DNA from: Sedimentisphaerales bacterium
Lineage (GTDB): Bacteria > Planctomycetota > Phycisphaerae > Sedimentisphaerales > Anaerobacaceae
Length of the DNA stretch: 64,000 nt
Assembly (NCBI GenBank): GCA_963708075.1
Contig: OY970194.1
Location: 6,016,001-6,080,000 of the forward strand
Direction: 5' to 3'
In this document: piece by piece, positions 1 to 10,045 of the stretch
Numbering within the stretch: the stretch's first letter is position 1
Layout: the number at the start of each line of letters is the position of its first letter
Notes under the pieces: model-generated
Databases searched by the model: none
What the model was told of the DNA's origin: nothing
The model's input: the letters and a program-made list of their open reading frames with translations, nothing else
Position numbers and translations under genes: made by a program

Positions 1-70
1 CGCTCGCCTTGCGGGGCCTTCGGACCCACTGCTCTTTCGATGTTATCTCCAGATGCGTAACTCGCAGCAT
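1..70 (-). CDS. 5' end of a possible gene running off the left edge (MLRVTHLEITSKEQWVRRPRKAS...)
   Basis: ATG at 70 on the minus strand after a GAGG purine tract; open to the window edge; divergent from the serpin. Confidence 0.3.
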   Translation of the reverse strand, partial: MLRVTHLEITSKEQWVRRPRKAS

Positions 71-193
71 ATCTTCCAACCTCAGAGCCTCATCCGACAG
101 CCAATTTCACGAGATGGCTTTCGGGCAGATTGTTATAATCGAGAGCATCGTGAAGTAGAAGCGGCGTTTCCTTGAAATCAGGAGGATTGAGAG

Positions 194-1516
194 ATGACAG
201 CCTACGGAATTGCACTCATGTCGATCTTGGCTCTTGTGGATAATGGCCCGGCCCGCGAGCCGAAGCAGGCTGGTCCCGACCCGGAGACGAAGCTCGTCGC
301 GGAAGGCAACAATCGGTTCGCCCTGCAACTGTATCAGAAGTTACAGGACGACAAGGGCAACCTGTTCTTCTCCCCCTACAGCATCGCCACGGCACTGGCT
401 ATGACCTACGCGGGGGCACGAGGCGCCACGCAGGAGCAGATGGCCCAGGTGCTGAGTCTCCCGACCGCGAAGCATGTAGCCCAGCCGCCCTCGGCTGGGG
501 AACAAAGGGTCACCCCCGGGGGCGGGGGTGCTACAGCGGCGGGGACATTGCAGTCTCGTGAGCCGATGTCCCAGGAGCAGCTCGCACAGGTCTTCGGCAA
601 CGTGATCAAGGACCTCAACACGCGAGGCGGCGGGGACAAGTACGAGCTTCGCATCGCCAACGCGCTGTGGGGCCAGAAGGACTACAAGTTCCTGCCCGCG
701 TTCGTAGGATTGGTCGAGAAGCAGTACGGTGGCACGCTGCGAAACGTCGATTTCGTTACCGCCGCGGAGCAGGCCCGCCAGATGATCAATGCGTGGGTGG
801 CCAAACAAACCAACGACAAGATCAAGGACCTCATCGGCCCGGGCGTGCTGGACGCCATGACCCGCCTTGTTCTGACCAACGCCATCTACTTCAAAGGCAA
901 CTGGGCCAGCCAGTTCGAGAAGGACCAGACGCAGGACCAGCCGTTCACGCTGCTGGAAGGGACAAACGTGCAGGCCCCGATGATGAACCAGCAGACTCGC
1001 TTCGGCTACGCCGAGACCGATATGCTGCAGGTGCTCGACATGCCCTACAGGGGCGACGAGCTCTCGATGGTGGTCCTGCTGCCGAAGAAGATGGACGGCA
1101 TCAAGGGGCTTGAGCAGGATCTCACGGCCGAGAGCCTCTCGAAATGGCTCGGCGCTATCCGCAGACGGCAGGTCATCGTCTCCGTGCCGAAGTTCAAGAT
1201 GACCAGCAAGTTCAGTCTCGCTCAGGTGCTGCAGTCGATGGGCATGGCCGATGCCTTCACCGACCAGGCCGATTTCACCGGCATGACGGCCCGCCGGGAG
1301 TTGTTCCTCTCGGCGGTGATCCACCAGGCCTACGTCGATGTGAACGAGGAAGGCACCGAGGCGGCCGCCGCCACCGGGGCTGTCGTGGGCGTGACATCCA
1401 TCGGCCCGGGCACGACGCCGGTCTTTCGTGCCGACCACCCGTTCCTCTTCCTGATCCGCGACAAGACCACCGGCAGCATCCTGTTCCTGGGCCGGGTGAT
1501 GAACCCACAGACCTGA
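194..1516 (+). CDS. Serpin family serine protease inhibitor
   Basis: NLFFSPYSI, LVLTNAIYFKGNW, hinge EEGTEAAAAT, FRADHPFLFLIRD...ILFLGRV; RBS AGGAGG. Confidence 0.95.
   Translation: MTAYGIALMSILALVDNGPAREPKQAGPDPETKLVAEGNNRFALQLYQKLQDDKGNLFFSPYSIATALAMTYAGARGATQEQMAQVLSLPTAKHVAQPPSAGEQRVTPGGGGATAAGTLQSREPMSQEQLAQVFGNVIKDLNTRGGGDKYELRIANALWGQKDYKFLPAFVGLVEKQYGGTLRNVDFVTAAEQARQMINAWVAKQTNDKIKDLIGPGVLDAMTRLVLTNAIYFKGNWASQFEKDQTQDQPFTLLEGTNVQAPMMNQQTRFGYAETDMLQVLDMPYRGDELSMVVLLPKKMDGIKGLEQDLTAESLSKWLGAIRRRQVIVSVPKFKMTSKFSLAQVLQSMGMADAFTDQADFTGMTARRELFLSAVIHQAYVDVNEEGTEAAAATGAVVGVTSIGPGTTPVFRADHPFLFLIRDKTTGSILFLGRVMNPQT
475..535. repeat. GTAG-type REP-like palindrome inside the serpin CDS
   Basis: TGTAGC-CCAGCCGCCCTCGGCTGG...CACCCCCGGGGGCGGGGGTG-CTACA: two hairpins with inverted TGTAGC/GCTACA ends. 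Confidence 0.75.
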
Positions 1517-1584
1517 GGTCGCGGAGCCATTCCTCACCGCTGCGGGGTGTGGTCGGAATACGGTGGCGGTCCATGTGATTTCTC

Positions 1585-1680
1585 GTAGGGCGAGCGTCCC
1601 CGCTCGCCTGTCTCTACAGCTTATGACCGCCGGAGATGTCGTGCGAAGACGCACGACAAGAGTGGCGAGCGAGGCTCGAA
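1585..1680. repeat. GTAG REP-like element
   Basis: GTAGGGCGAGCGTCCCCGCTCGCC hairpin, GTCGTGCGAAGACGCACGAC hairpin, degenerate GGCGAGCG partner. Confidence 0.55.
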
Positions 1681-1743
1681 TCCGCCACCGGATCCCGGTC
1701 GTACCCCCGCTGCGACCGGCGGCTAGAATTTGCAGGTTGCTTC

Positions 1744-1772
1744 TTGACTTGATACGGCCCGAATGGTAGCCT
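1744..1772 (+). promoter_or_regulatory. sigma70-type promoter of the arg operon
   Basis: TTGACT-17-TAGCCT with extended -10 TG. Confidence 0.55.
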
Positions 1773-1810
1773 CGAAGGTTTCTTTCATTTGGGTCCAAGG
1801 AGTATTTTCA

Positions 1811-2689
1811 GTGCAAGAAGCAATCGCAAAAGCCGGTGCTTTGATTGAGGCCATGGGGTACATCCGGGCCTTTCGCGGCCGCATTGTCGTGGTCAAGCTC
1901 GGCGGCAGCGTCCTTGACGACGAGGCCGCGCAGCGAAACCTCCTGGCCGATGTCGCGTTCATGTCCACGGTGGGCATGAGGCCGATCATCGTGCACGGCG
2001 GGGGCAAGGCCATCACCCGCGCGATGAGCGAGGCGGGTCTCGAGCCCGTCTGGGTGCAGGGCCGCCGGTACACCGACCAGCGGACGCTGAACATTGTCGA
2101 GCACGTGCTCATTCGCCAGGTGAACGAGCCCATCTGCCGGACGCTCGAAGAGCTTGGCTGCAACACGATGGGCCTGCACACGCTCAGCAGTTGCGTGCTG
2201 ACGGCCGAGACGCTGCGCCTGCCCGGCGAGGACGGCCGCAAGATCGACCTCGGCCTCGTCGGCAGGGTCACTGAGGTGAACGCCAAGCTGCTCCTCACGA
2301 TCTGCGGCGACGGCACGATCCCCGTCATCTCCTCGACGGCCATGGACCGCAGCGGCGGCAAACTGAACGTCAACGCCGACACCGCCGCCGGCAAAGTGGC
2401 CGCCGCCGTGGTGGCGGAGAAGCTCGTCATGGTCAGTGACACGCACGGCATCCGCCGCGACATCAACGACCCGGAGAGCTGGGTCTCCAGCCTCAACGAG
2501 GCCCAGATCAAGGAGATGATCGACGCCGGCATCATCACCGACGCCATGTACCCCAAGGTCGAGGCGTGCCTGATCGCCCTGGAGGCCGGGGTCAAGAAGG
2601 CGCACATCATCGACGGCAGGATCGACCACTCCCTGCTGCTGGAAATCTACACGGAGAAGGGTATCGGCACCGAGATCGTCAGGGGCTGA
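1811..2689 (+). CDS. argB: Acetylglutamate kinase
   Basis: VVKLGGS, IVHGGG, LNVNADT, AHIIDGRIDHSLLLEI; GTG start after AAGGAG. Confidence 0.95.
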   Translation: MQEAIAKAGALIEAMGYIRAFRGRIVVVKLGGSVLDDEAAQRNLLADVAFMSTVGMRPIIVHGGGKAITRAMSEAGLEPVWVQGRRYTDQRTLNIVEHVLIRQVNEPICRTLEELGCNTMGLHTLSSCVLTAETLRLPGEDGRKIDLGLVGRVTEVNAKLLLTICGDGTIPVISSTAMDRSGGKLNVNADTAAGKVAAAVVAEKLVMVSDTHGIRRDINDPESWVSSLNEAQIKEMIDAGIITDAMYPKVEACLIALEAGVKKAHIIDGRIDHSLLLEIYTEKGIGTEIVRG

Positions 2690-2887
2690 GCGTCCCGCCG
2701 AAACGGAAGCCACAAACGTGATTGTATTGAGGACAGATATTTTGTTTTCATTCGTTGTCATCGTGAGGCATGCGAAGGAGGGCCGAATCCTTGGGCAAGG
2801 GCTCAAGGAGTTGTTGAGGTGTTGCGCTTCCCTGGCGTGATGCACTGAGAACGAGCGAATGAACACGATGATCCCGAGAGGATTCTT

Positions 2888-4066
2888 ATGACAACACAAG
2901 AGACGATTGAACTGTTCAACAAGTACGTGATTGCCAACTATGGCCGATTGCCGCGGGTCATGGTCAAGGGCGAAGGCTGCTACATCTGGGACGCCGACGG
3001 CAACAAGATTCTCGACATGTTCCCCGGCTGGGCGGTCAGCGGCATCGGGCATTGTCACCCGAAGGTGGTCGAGGCCGTCTGCAAGCAGGTGGGCGAGCTG
3101 ATTCACATGGATAACACGTTCTACTCCGAGCCGCAGGGCCGCCTGGCGAAGATGCTCAGCGAGCGGGCGTTCGGCGGCAAGTGCTTCTTCTGCAACAGCG
3201 GGGCGGAGGCGAACGAGGCGGCGCTGAAGCTGGCACGGCTGCACACGGCCAAGCAGAAATACAAGTTCATCACGTGCGAGGGCAGCTTCCACGGCCGCAC
3301 CTTCGCGACCGTCACCGCGACGGCGCAGCCGAAGTATCACGAGGGCTTCCTGCCTCTGTTGCCCGGCTTCACCTATATTCCGTTCAACGATGTCACCTCG
3401 CTGGAGGCGGCGTTCACCGATGAGGTGGCCGCCGTGCTCGTCGAGCCGATCCAGGGCGAGGGCGGCATCAACATCGCCAGCCCCGAATTCCTGCAGGCGA
3501 TCCGCCGGCTGTGTGATGAGAAGGGTGCCTTGATGATCCTCGACGAGGTGCAGACGGGCATCGGCCGCACCGGCAAATGGTTCGGTTACCAGCATTTCGA
3601 CGTCGAGCCGGACATGATCTCGATGGCTAAGACCCTCGGCGGCGGCGTTGCGATCGGAGCGATGATGGCCAAGCCGGAAATCGCCGCCTCGCTCGTGCCG
3701 GGAAAGCACGCCTCCACCTTTGGCGGAAACTGTCTCGCTTGCGCTGCCGGCGCGGCGACCATCGAGGCCATCGAGGAGGGCAACCTGCTGCAAAACGCGG
3801 TCGAGATGGGCCAGTATGCGCAGGAGAAGCTGCGAGGGCTCAAGGAGAAGCATTCCACCATCGATCACGTCCGCGGCATCGGCCTGATGATCGGCATTCA
3901 GCTCCTCCGGCCGGGCGCCGACATCGTCAGCAAGTGCCTCGAGCGAGGCCTGAGGATCAACTGTACCCATGATACCGTCATCCGCTTCATGCCCCCGATG
4001 GTCGTCACGAAAGACCAGATTGACGAGGCGGTGGGAATCTTCGATAGCGTTCTATCCGAGGGTTGA
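2888..4066 (+). CDS. argD: Acetylornithine aminotransferase
   Basis: Class III PLP aminotransferase motifs NSGAEANE, SFHGRT, EPIQGEGG, DEVQTG, AKTLGGG; lies between argB and argF. Confidence 0.93.
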   Translation: MTTQETIELFNKYVIANYGRLPRVMVKGEGCYIWDADGNKILDMFPGWAVSGIGHCHPKVVEAVCKQVGELIHMDNTFYSEPQGRLAKMLSERAFGGKCFFCNSGAEANEAALKLARLHTAKQKYKFITCEGSFHGRTFATVTATAQPKYHEGFLPLLPGFTYIPFNDVTSLEAAFTDEVAAVLVEPIQGEGGINIASPEFLQAIRRLCDEKGALMILDEVQTGIGRTGKWFGYQHFDVEPDMISMAKTLGGGVAIGAMMAKPEIAASLVPGKHASTFGGNCLACAAGAATIEAIEEGNLLQNAVEMGQYAQEKLRGLKEKHSTIDHVRGIGLMIGIQLLRPGADIVSKCLERGLRINCTHDTVIRFMPPMVVTKDQIDEAVGIFDSVLSEG

Positions 4067-4980
4067 CCATGAACGACTTCATTGACATCAGCGATTGCTC
4101 CACGCAGGAGCTCCGGGAGCTGCTCGAAGAAAGCAGCTCGCTCAAGGCGTTCTACAAAGCCGGCAAGCGCGACCTGTGCCTGGCCGGCCGCACGCTGGCT
4201 ATGCTCTTCGAGAAGCCGAGCCTGCGCACTCGGATCAGCTTCCAGGTGGCCATGACCGACCTGGGTGGCCATCCGATCTATGTGAAACCCGAGGACATTG
4301 GCGGCATCGGCAAGCGTGAGCCAGTCAAAGATATTGCCCGTATCCTGAGCCGCTACGTCCAGGGGATCATGGCCCGGACGTTCGAGCATCAGACGGTGGT
4401 CGATCTGGCCCGGTATGCCGATATTCCCGTGATTAACGCACTGACGGACTGGTCGCATCCGTGCCAGGCGATGGCGGATGTGCTGACGATCCAGGAGCAC
4501 TTCGGACGCATCGAAGGGATCAGGATCGCGTACGTGGGCGACGGGAACAACGTGGCGCGCTCGCTGGCCTTCGCCGCCGGCAAGCTGAAGATGAAGCTGG
4601 TGGTCGCCTCGCCGCGCTGCTACGAGTTGGACGCCGAGACGATCGCGAGGGCCAACAGCTACACGCCCGATACCGTGCGACAGACCAGCGATCCCGTGGC
4701 AGCCGTAGCCGACGCCGACGTGATCTACACGGACACCTGGGTGAGCATGGGCCAGGAGAACGAGAAGGAGAAACGCCGGAAGGACTTCGCCGGCTTTACG
4801 ATCGATGCCCGGCTCGTTGCTGCGGCGCCGGGGCACGTGAAGATCATGCACTGCCTGCCGGCCTATCGCGGCTATGAGATCACCGACGACGTCACCGAGA
4901 GTCCCGGGTCGATCATCTTCGACCAGGCCGAGAACCGCCTCCACTTCCAGCGCGCCCTGCTCAAAAAGCTGATGGCGTGA
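4063..4980 (+). CDS. argF: Ornithine carbamoyltransferase
   Basis: FEKPSLRTR, HPCQAMAD, YVGDGNN, MHCLPA, QAENR; start 4063 (TTG) or 4069 (ATG). Confidence 0.95.
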   Translation: MTMNDFIDISDCSTQELRELLEESSSLKAFYKAGKRDLCLAGRTLAMLFEKPSLRTRISFQVAMTDLGGHPIYVKPEDIGGIGKREPVKDIARILSRYVQGIMARTFEHQTVVDLARYADIPVINALTDWSHPCQAMADVLTIQEHFGRIEGIRIAYVGDGNNVARSLAFAAGKLKMKLVVASPRCYELDAETIARANSYTPDTVRQTSDPVAAVADADVIYTDTWVSMGQENEKEKRRKDFAGFTIDARLVAAAPGHVKIMHCLPAYRGYEITDDVTESPGSIIFDQAENRLHFQRALLKKLMA

Positions 4981-6421
4981 TGCGGATTGACAGGCGCCGA
5001 GTGTCCTTGGCTCGGCGCCTTTTACTCTTCTTCTGAACGTGGCGTTTCAGCAGGCTGTAGGCGAGCAGGGGCAGCCGGAGGGACATATCTGCAATATCTC
5101 GCCTGTCGACCAGCCCGATACGCCAGGCCTTTCCGGCGATTCGCAGGAGTTGGGCCGGCGTGTAGAACTGCGCCCGGATGCGGTTGCGAATCCGCTTGAG
5201 CTCCGTCGGCCCGAACTTGTCTGAGAATACGTGGCCGCCGGTGGGATGGTAATAGTAGCCGGGTGTTGCCTCGACGAGGTCCTTCAATGGCGAGAACTTC
5301 TCGATGCGCAGCTTCTGGAAACTGATGGAGTCCAGCCCGATCTCCCGGGCGAACTTCGGGATGTAGAGCATCTCCTCCTCCGTTTCGCCGACGTTGCCGT
5401 AGATGAAGTAGCCGTGGAGGTGGAAATCATATTGTCTCAGGACGGTGAACGCCTCGCGGATCTGTTGCTGGGTGATGCCTTTCTGCAGTTGGCTCAGGAT
5501 TCGGTCGTGCGGCGACTCGATCCCAATGAGAAAAGTCCTGAAGCCCGCCTGCCAGGCCTTATCGAGGAGCCGGCGGTGCCTGGCGATGTCGACGCGGGCC
5601 TGGACCACGAAGGTTTTACGGATCTTGTTCTCGACGATCAGGTCGCATAGTTGCTCGGCCCGGCGCGGATTGGTCGCGAAATTGTCGTCGCTGAAGAGCA
5701 CGATATCGGCGGAGATCGTCTTGAGCTCCTCGATGACCGATTCGACCGGCCGCTCCGTGTACTCTCTCTTTTGCCCGAGCGGATTGAGACTGAAGGTGCA
5801 GAACTTGCATTTGAACGGGCAGCCTCGTGCCGTCAGCACGGTGTCGAACGTGTGCCGGGTGAGCCGAAGGCCATCGCGGGCGCACCAGTAGTCGTGCCTC
5901 CGGAGAGATCGATCCGGATACGCAATGTGCGCCAGGTCGGGCAGAATCGCGTTCTCGTTGTGGACGATGCGGCCGTCTCGCCGGTGGGAGAGCCCGCGGA
6001 TGTCCTCGCAGGGGACCCCTGTCACGATCTGCTTGATAATTTCCTCGCCCTCGCCGCGCACCACCATGTCGATGTTCGGGCAGCGCTCGAACAGGTGCTC
6101 GACTTCCTGCGTCGCCTCATGGCCCCCGGCAATGGTGGTGACCTCATCGGGCAGTTGAGCGACAAGATCGCAAACCCTGTCGAACCGCGATCGCCAACCC
6201 ATGGTGACGCACAGCAGGTCAATCTCGCGGCGGACGAACGCGCTGAGGGTCCGCGGATCACGGTATGCTTTCTCGTAGCCCAGATCAAGGATGGTCACCT
6301 TGTCCACGAGACCCTTCATGGCGGCCGCGATGTACTCAAGACCGGTCGGTGGAAATAGTTGCCGAGCGTCGGCGGCGTACCCGAAGTAGGGGTTCAACGC
6401 TAACACATGTTTGTATCTCAT
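4961..6421 (-). CDS. B12-binding radical SAM protein (copy 2)
   Basis: PPTGLEYIAA, GGHEAT, VVRGEGE, RGCPFKCKFC (CxxxCxxC), DDNF, GIES. Confidence 0.9.
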   Translation of the reverse strand: MRYKHVLALNPYFGYAADARQLFPPTGLEYIAAAMKGLVDKVTILDLGYEKAYRDPRTLSAFVRREIDLLCVTMGWRSRFDRVCDLVAQLPDEVTTIAGGHEATQEVEHLFERCPNIDMVVRGEGEEIIKQIVTGVPCEDIRGLSHRRDGRIVHNENAILPDLAHIAYPDRSLRRHDYWCARDGLRLTRHTFDTVLTARGCPFKCKFCTFSLNPLGQKREYTERPVESVIEELKTISADIVLFSDDNFATNPRRAEQLCDLIVENKIRKTFVVQARVDIARHRRLLDKAWQAGFRTFLIGIESPHDRILSQLQKGITQQQIREAFTVLRQYDFHLHGYFIYGNVGETEEEMLYIPKFAREIGLDSISFQKLRIEKFSPLKDLVEATPGYYYHPTGGHVFSDKFGPTELKRIRNRIRAQFYTPAQLLRIAGKAWRIGLVDRRDIADMSLRLPLLAYSLLKRHVQKKSKRRRAKDTRRLSIRITPSAF

Positions 6422-6605
6422 CGAGAGCGAATCATAGCCTGCGCAGCGGGCACCGCAAGTAAGGAAAATGCCTAGCGGAAACACGCCTCTGTACGTGTCA
6501 ATTGCGGCTGAATTGTGCGCAGTTTGTCATGTGAAGCGAAGCGTAATCGCGACATCTGCCGACAACCGCGGCGCCCTTGTCATTCGCAGCAGCAGCTCGA
6601 TGCTT

Positions 6606-8084
6606 TCAGGCATTGACCCCGGATGCAGGTTCGCGTCCGGCTTGACGTTGGTGATTCGCCGGGTTGCGCGGGACATCGCGTTTCTTCTTCTTTTGGCTGC
6701 GGCGTTTCATCAGGCTGCACGCCAGCAGCGGCAGATGCAGGGCCATGCTGGCGGCGTCTCGCCCATTGACCAGCCCGATGCGCCGGGCCTTCCGGGCAAT
6801 GTGCAGCAACTGTGCCGGACTGTAGAACTCCGACCGGATGCGGTTGCGGATTCGCTTGAGCTCCTTGCGGCCGTATTTCTCCGAGTAGACGGTACCGCCG
6901 ATTCGGTTGTAGTAGTAGCCCGGAGTGGACTCCACGACTTCTTTCAACGGCGAGTACTTCTCGATGCGCAGTTTCTGAAAGCTGATGGTGTCCAGCCCGA
7001 TCTCCCGGGCGAACTTCGGGATGTAGAGCATCTCCTCTTCGGTCTCGCCGACGTTGCCGTAGATGAAGTAGCCGTGCAGATGGAAGTTGTACCGGGTCAG
7101 AATGGCAAACGCTTCGCGGATCTGCTGTTGGGTGATGCCCTTCTGCAACTGGGTCAGGATTCGGTCATGCGGCGACTCGACGCCAATCAGAAAGACTTTG
7201 AATCCGGCTTGTTGTGCCTTATCGAGGATCCTGGGGTGCCTGGCAATATCCACCCGGGCCTGGACGACGAACGTCTTCTTGATCCCGTTCTCGATGATCA
7301 GGTCGCAGAGCTGCTCGCTGCGTTTGGGGTTCGTGAACATGTTGTCATCGCTGAAGAGCACAATGTCCGCGGTAATCGTTTTGAGTTCCTCGACGACCGA
7401 TTCGATCGGTCGCTCCGTATAGCTTCTCTTCTGCCCGAGCGGATTGAGGCTGAAGGTACAGAACTTGCATTTGAACGGGCAGCCGCGAGTCGTCAGGATG
7501 GTGTCAAATGTGCGACGGCTGAGCCGAACGCCCCGTTGCAACCAATAGTAGTCGTGTCCCCTCAGGGAGCGATCGGGATAAGCCAGCCCCGCGAGGTCGG
7601 GCAGCGGCTGGTTCTCGTTGTGTACGATATTCCCGTTGTCCCGATAGGAGAGCCCGAGGATTTCCCGGCGAGGCACATCCGCTACGATCCGCCGGATGAT
7701 CTCCTCGCCCTCGCCTCGCACGACCATGTCCACATTCGGGCATCGCTTGAAAACCTCTTCCACTTCCAGCGTCGCCTGGTAGCCTCCGACGACTGTGGGA
7801 ACCTCATCGGGCAGCCGGGAGATGAAGTCGCAGATGTTCTCGAACTGAGCGTCCCATTGGATGCTGATGCACAGAAGGTCGATCTCGGCCTTGATAAACC
7901 GGTTCAGGGTTTCCAGGTCCTGGTATGCCTTCTCGTAACGAAGATCGAGAAGCGTCACCTTGCCAACCAGGTCCTTCATGTTGGCGGCGATATACTCCAG
8001 GCCGGTCGGGGGGAATACCCCCAGGGCGGCCGTCGAACTCCCGAAATATGGATTCAGCGCAAGAACATGTCGGTATTTAGCCAT
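6606..8084 (-). CDS. B12-binding radical SAM protein (copy 1)
   Basis: Same architecture and CPFKCKFC motif; close paralogue of 4961-6421. Confidence 0.9.
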   Translation of the reverse strand: MAKYRHVLALNPYFGSSTAALGVFPPTGLEYIAANMKDLVGKVTLLDLRYEKAYQDLETLNRFIKAEIDLLCISIQWDAQFENICDFISRLPDEVPTVVGGYQATLEVEEVFKRCPNVDMVVRGEGEEIIRRIVADVPRREILGLSYRDNGNIVHNENQPLPDLAGLAYPDRSLRGHDYYWLQRGVRLSRRTFDTILTTRGCPFKCKFCTFSLNPLGQKRSYTERPIESVVEELKTITADIVLFSDDNMFTNPKRSEQLCDLIIENGIKKTFVVQARVDIARHPRILDKAQQAGFKVFLIGVESPHDRILTQLQKGITQQQIREAFAILTRYNFHLHGYFIYGNVGETEEEMLYIPKFAREIGLDTISFQKLRIEKYSPLKEVVESTPGYYYNRIGGTVYSEKYGRKELKRIRNRIRSEFYSPAQLLHIARKARRIGLVNGRDAASMALHLPLLACSLMKRRSQKKKKRDVPRNPANHQRQAGREPASGVNA

Positions 8085-8122
8085 GAACACAGTATAGGCG
8101 ATGAGAGTCCATCCGGCAACAA

Positions 8123-8198
8123 ATTACCATTTGCGAATTACGATTTACGATTGAGCATGGCCGGACAAATCGTAAATCATAATCCGTAAATCGTAAAT
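8123..8198. repeat. Period-7 inverted repeat (ATTTACG)n...(CGTAAAT)n
   Basis: ATTACCATTTGCGAATTACGATTTACGATT ... AAATCGTAAATCATAATCCGTAAATCGTAAAT. Confidence 0.8.
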
Positions 8199-8199
8199 C

Positions 8200-9987
8200 T
8201 TAGAGGGAGCCGTCTTTTCGCAGCAGGCCGCCCTTGGCGGAATCGACCGTCACGGTGAATGCACCGCTGCCCTGCACGATAAACTGCACGCGAGCCTCGT
8301 CCATACCGTCAACGGTGTCGAGCTCCACCCGCTCCGGCCGGGACTCGACAGCCTCGACCCGCTTGAAGAATCGGTCCATGACGCGTCCGGCGGAGATGAC
8401 CTTGATACCGTTGCCCCCAATGGAGACGATGTCTGGCGGGCTGATGCGATGGCGCACGTCGTGGGCGGTCCGCGTCGGGGCCAATCGCTGGTTCTCGATG
8501 GTCACCCAGACCTTGAACAAGCCGGGGCCCAGCGGCTCCGCACTCACGTCGCTGATGCGGAGCAGCGGCATCGTGCCCGCGTGGTAGAGCGTGAACGCCA
8601 TGTTCCGGTGGAGCTCCTCTTCGAGCAGGAACGACGGCGGCGTGCGGCCCCATTCCTTCCGGAAGCCCCCGATCTCGATGCGCCCGTACGTCGGATGATC
8701 GTATTCCCGCCAGGCGACCATGCCGTCGCCGAGCAGGACGTGCTTCATGAACTCGGCTTCGTCCTCGTCCGAAGGTGAGCCGTCCGCCTTGTACAGGTTA
8801 CGAGGCGTCCACATTTCGTTGGTGTACGCCAGGATGCCCCGGGCGCCGTAGAACCACGTGTCCTCGTCGCCCCAGGTCGTGTACAGGTCCTTCCAGGAGA
8901 TGATCGAACGGTAATAAGGCAGGATGCGCTCCCCGTGCCGGCCGATGAAGATCAGCAGCCGCTCGTCGGCGGGCTGCATGGCGCCGTTCTCGTTGCCGGG
9001 CCCGCGCAGGATCATGCCGCCGGAATTGTGGTAGCACTGGGCCGCGGCGATATTCGGGTGGGCCAGTACGAACTGTGCGATGGCCCGGCACTCCGGCTGC
9101 GAAAACGGGTAGTCCCGGGCCCCATACTGGATATAGCCTGGCTGCCAGTCGAAGGCCCAGTTGCGATTGAGGTCGTAGCCGCCCCGGCCGTCCTCATTGA
9201 CCCGGCCGTCGCCGTCATTGTCGGTTCCCTCCCAGCCGAGCAGGGTGAATTCGCCCAGCTCGTCATCCTTGGCCCGGATCATGAGGCACTCCGGATAATC
9301 CGGGTGACGTTTGTACCGGCCATGCACATCCTTCATGCGCATCTGGGTGATGACGCCGTCGCCGTTGAGGTCCTCGCAGTCGTCCTCGTCGCAGACGCCG
9401 TCCCTGTCGTTGTCGGTCGGCTGCGAGCCGCTGCGGCCGGACATCGCCCCGTCGCTGTCGTGCAGCCAGAAGTCCCGCCCGTCCGGGTTGACCATCGGCA
9501 CGAGGTAGAACGCGTAATCGTTGAGCAGGGAGGTCACCTTGTCCAACCGGCCGTACTGATGGCACAGGTACCAGCCCGTATAGGCGATCACTTCACCCGC
9601 CTGAACCTCGTTGCCGTGGATGTTTCCGTCGATGTACATCGCCGGCTTGCGGTCGGGATTGCCCACGTTGCGGGCGGTGACCTCCAGGCACCAGAGGTCC
9701 CTGCCCTCGGTGGATTTGCCGATGGAGTACAGCCGGGTCAGCTCGGGGAACGCCTCATGCAGCCGCGACAGGATATTCGCCAGGCCTGCGTGATCGTAGT
9801 GCCGGTTCCAGGCGACATCCACCTTCCGCTCGGCGGGGGCGCCCAGGGCGCCGAACGCATGATCGGCCGGTTTCAAAGGCTCCGCCTGTCCACCCGGCGC
9901 CGTCCCGGCTGTCAGTACGGCCGACGAAAGCACATATGATAAAACCACTACGTTCACACGCAAATCACTCTTGAGCGTTGACATCAT
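8200..9987 (-). CDS. Secreted M14 zinc carboxypeptidase
   Basis: SIGKSTEGRDLW, GNIHGNE (HxxE), NPDG, DLNRNW, YHNSGG; DxDxDG Ca-binding loops. Confidence 0.9.
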   Translation of the reverse strand: MMSTLKSDLRVNVVVLSYVLSSAVLTAGTAPGGQAEPLKPADHAFGALGAPAERKVDVAWNRHYDHAGLANILSRLHEAFPELTRLYSIGKSTEGRDLWCLEVTARNVGNPDRKPAMYIDGNIHGNEVQAGEVIAYTGWYLCHQYGRLDKVTSLLNDYAFYLVPMVNPDGRDFWLHDSDGAMSGRSGSQPTDNDRDGVCDEDDCEDLNGDGVITQMRMKDVHGRYKRHPDYPECLMIRAKDDELGEFTLLGWEGTDNDGDGRVNEDGRGGYDLNRNWAFDWQPGYIQYGARDYPFSQPECRAIAQFVLAHPNIAAAQCYHNSGGMILRGPGNENGAMQPADERLLIFIGRHGERILPYYRSIISWKDLYTTWGDEDTWFYGARGILAYTNEMWTPRNLYKADGSPSDEDEAEFMKHVLLGDGMVAWREYDHPTYGRIEIGGFRKEWGRTPPSFLLEEELHRNMAFTLYHAGTMPLLRISDVSAEPLGPGLFKVWVTIENQRLAPTRTAHDVRHRISPPDIVSIGGNGIKVISAGRVMDRFFKRVEAVESRPERVELDTVDGMDEARVQFIVQGSGAFTVTVDSAKGGLLRKDGSL

Positions 9988-10045
9988 AGCAACTATCTCT
10001 CACATAAGAACGGCCCGAACGCTGCGGCACCCCGATAATCTACTC

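Noticed and set aside
1808..3970. Long antisense ORFs (e.g. 720 aa opposite argB/argD; 9971-11905; 43402-44904; 34157-35593)
   Set aside because: Shadow ORFs typical of high-GC coding DNA; they overlap well-supported genes and have no recognisable motifs
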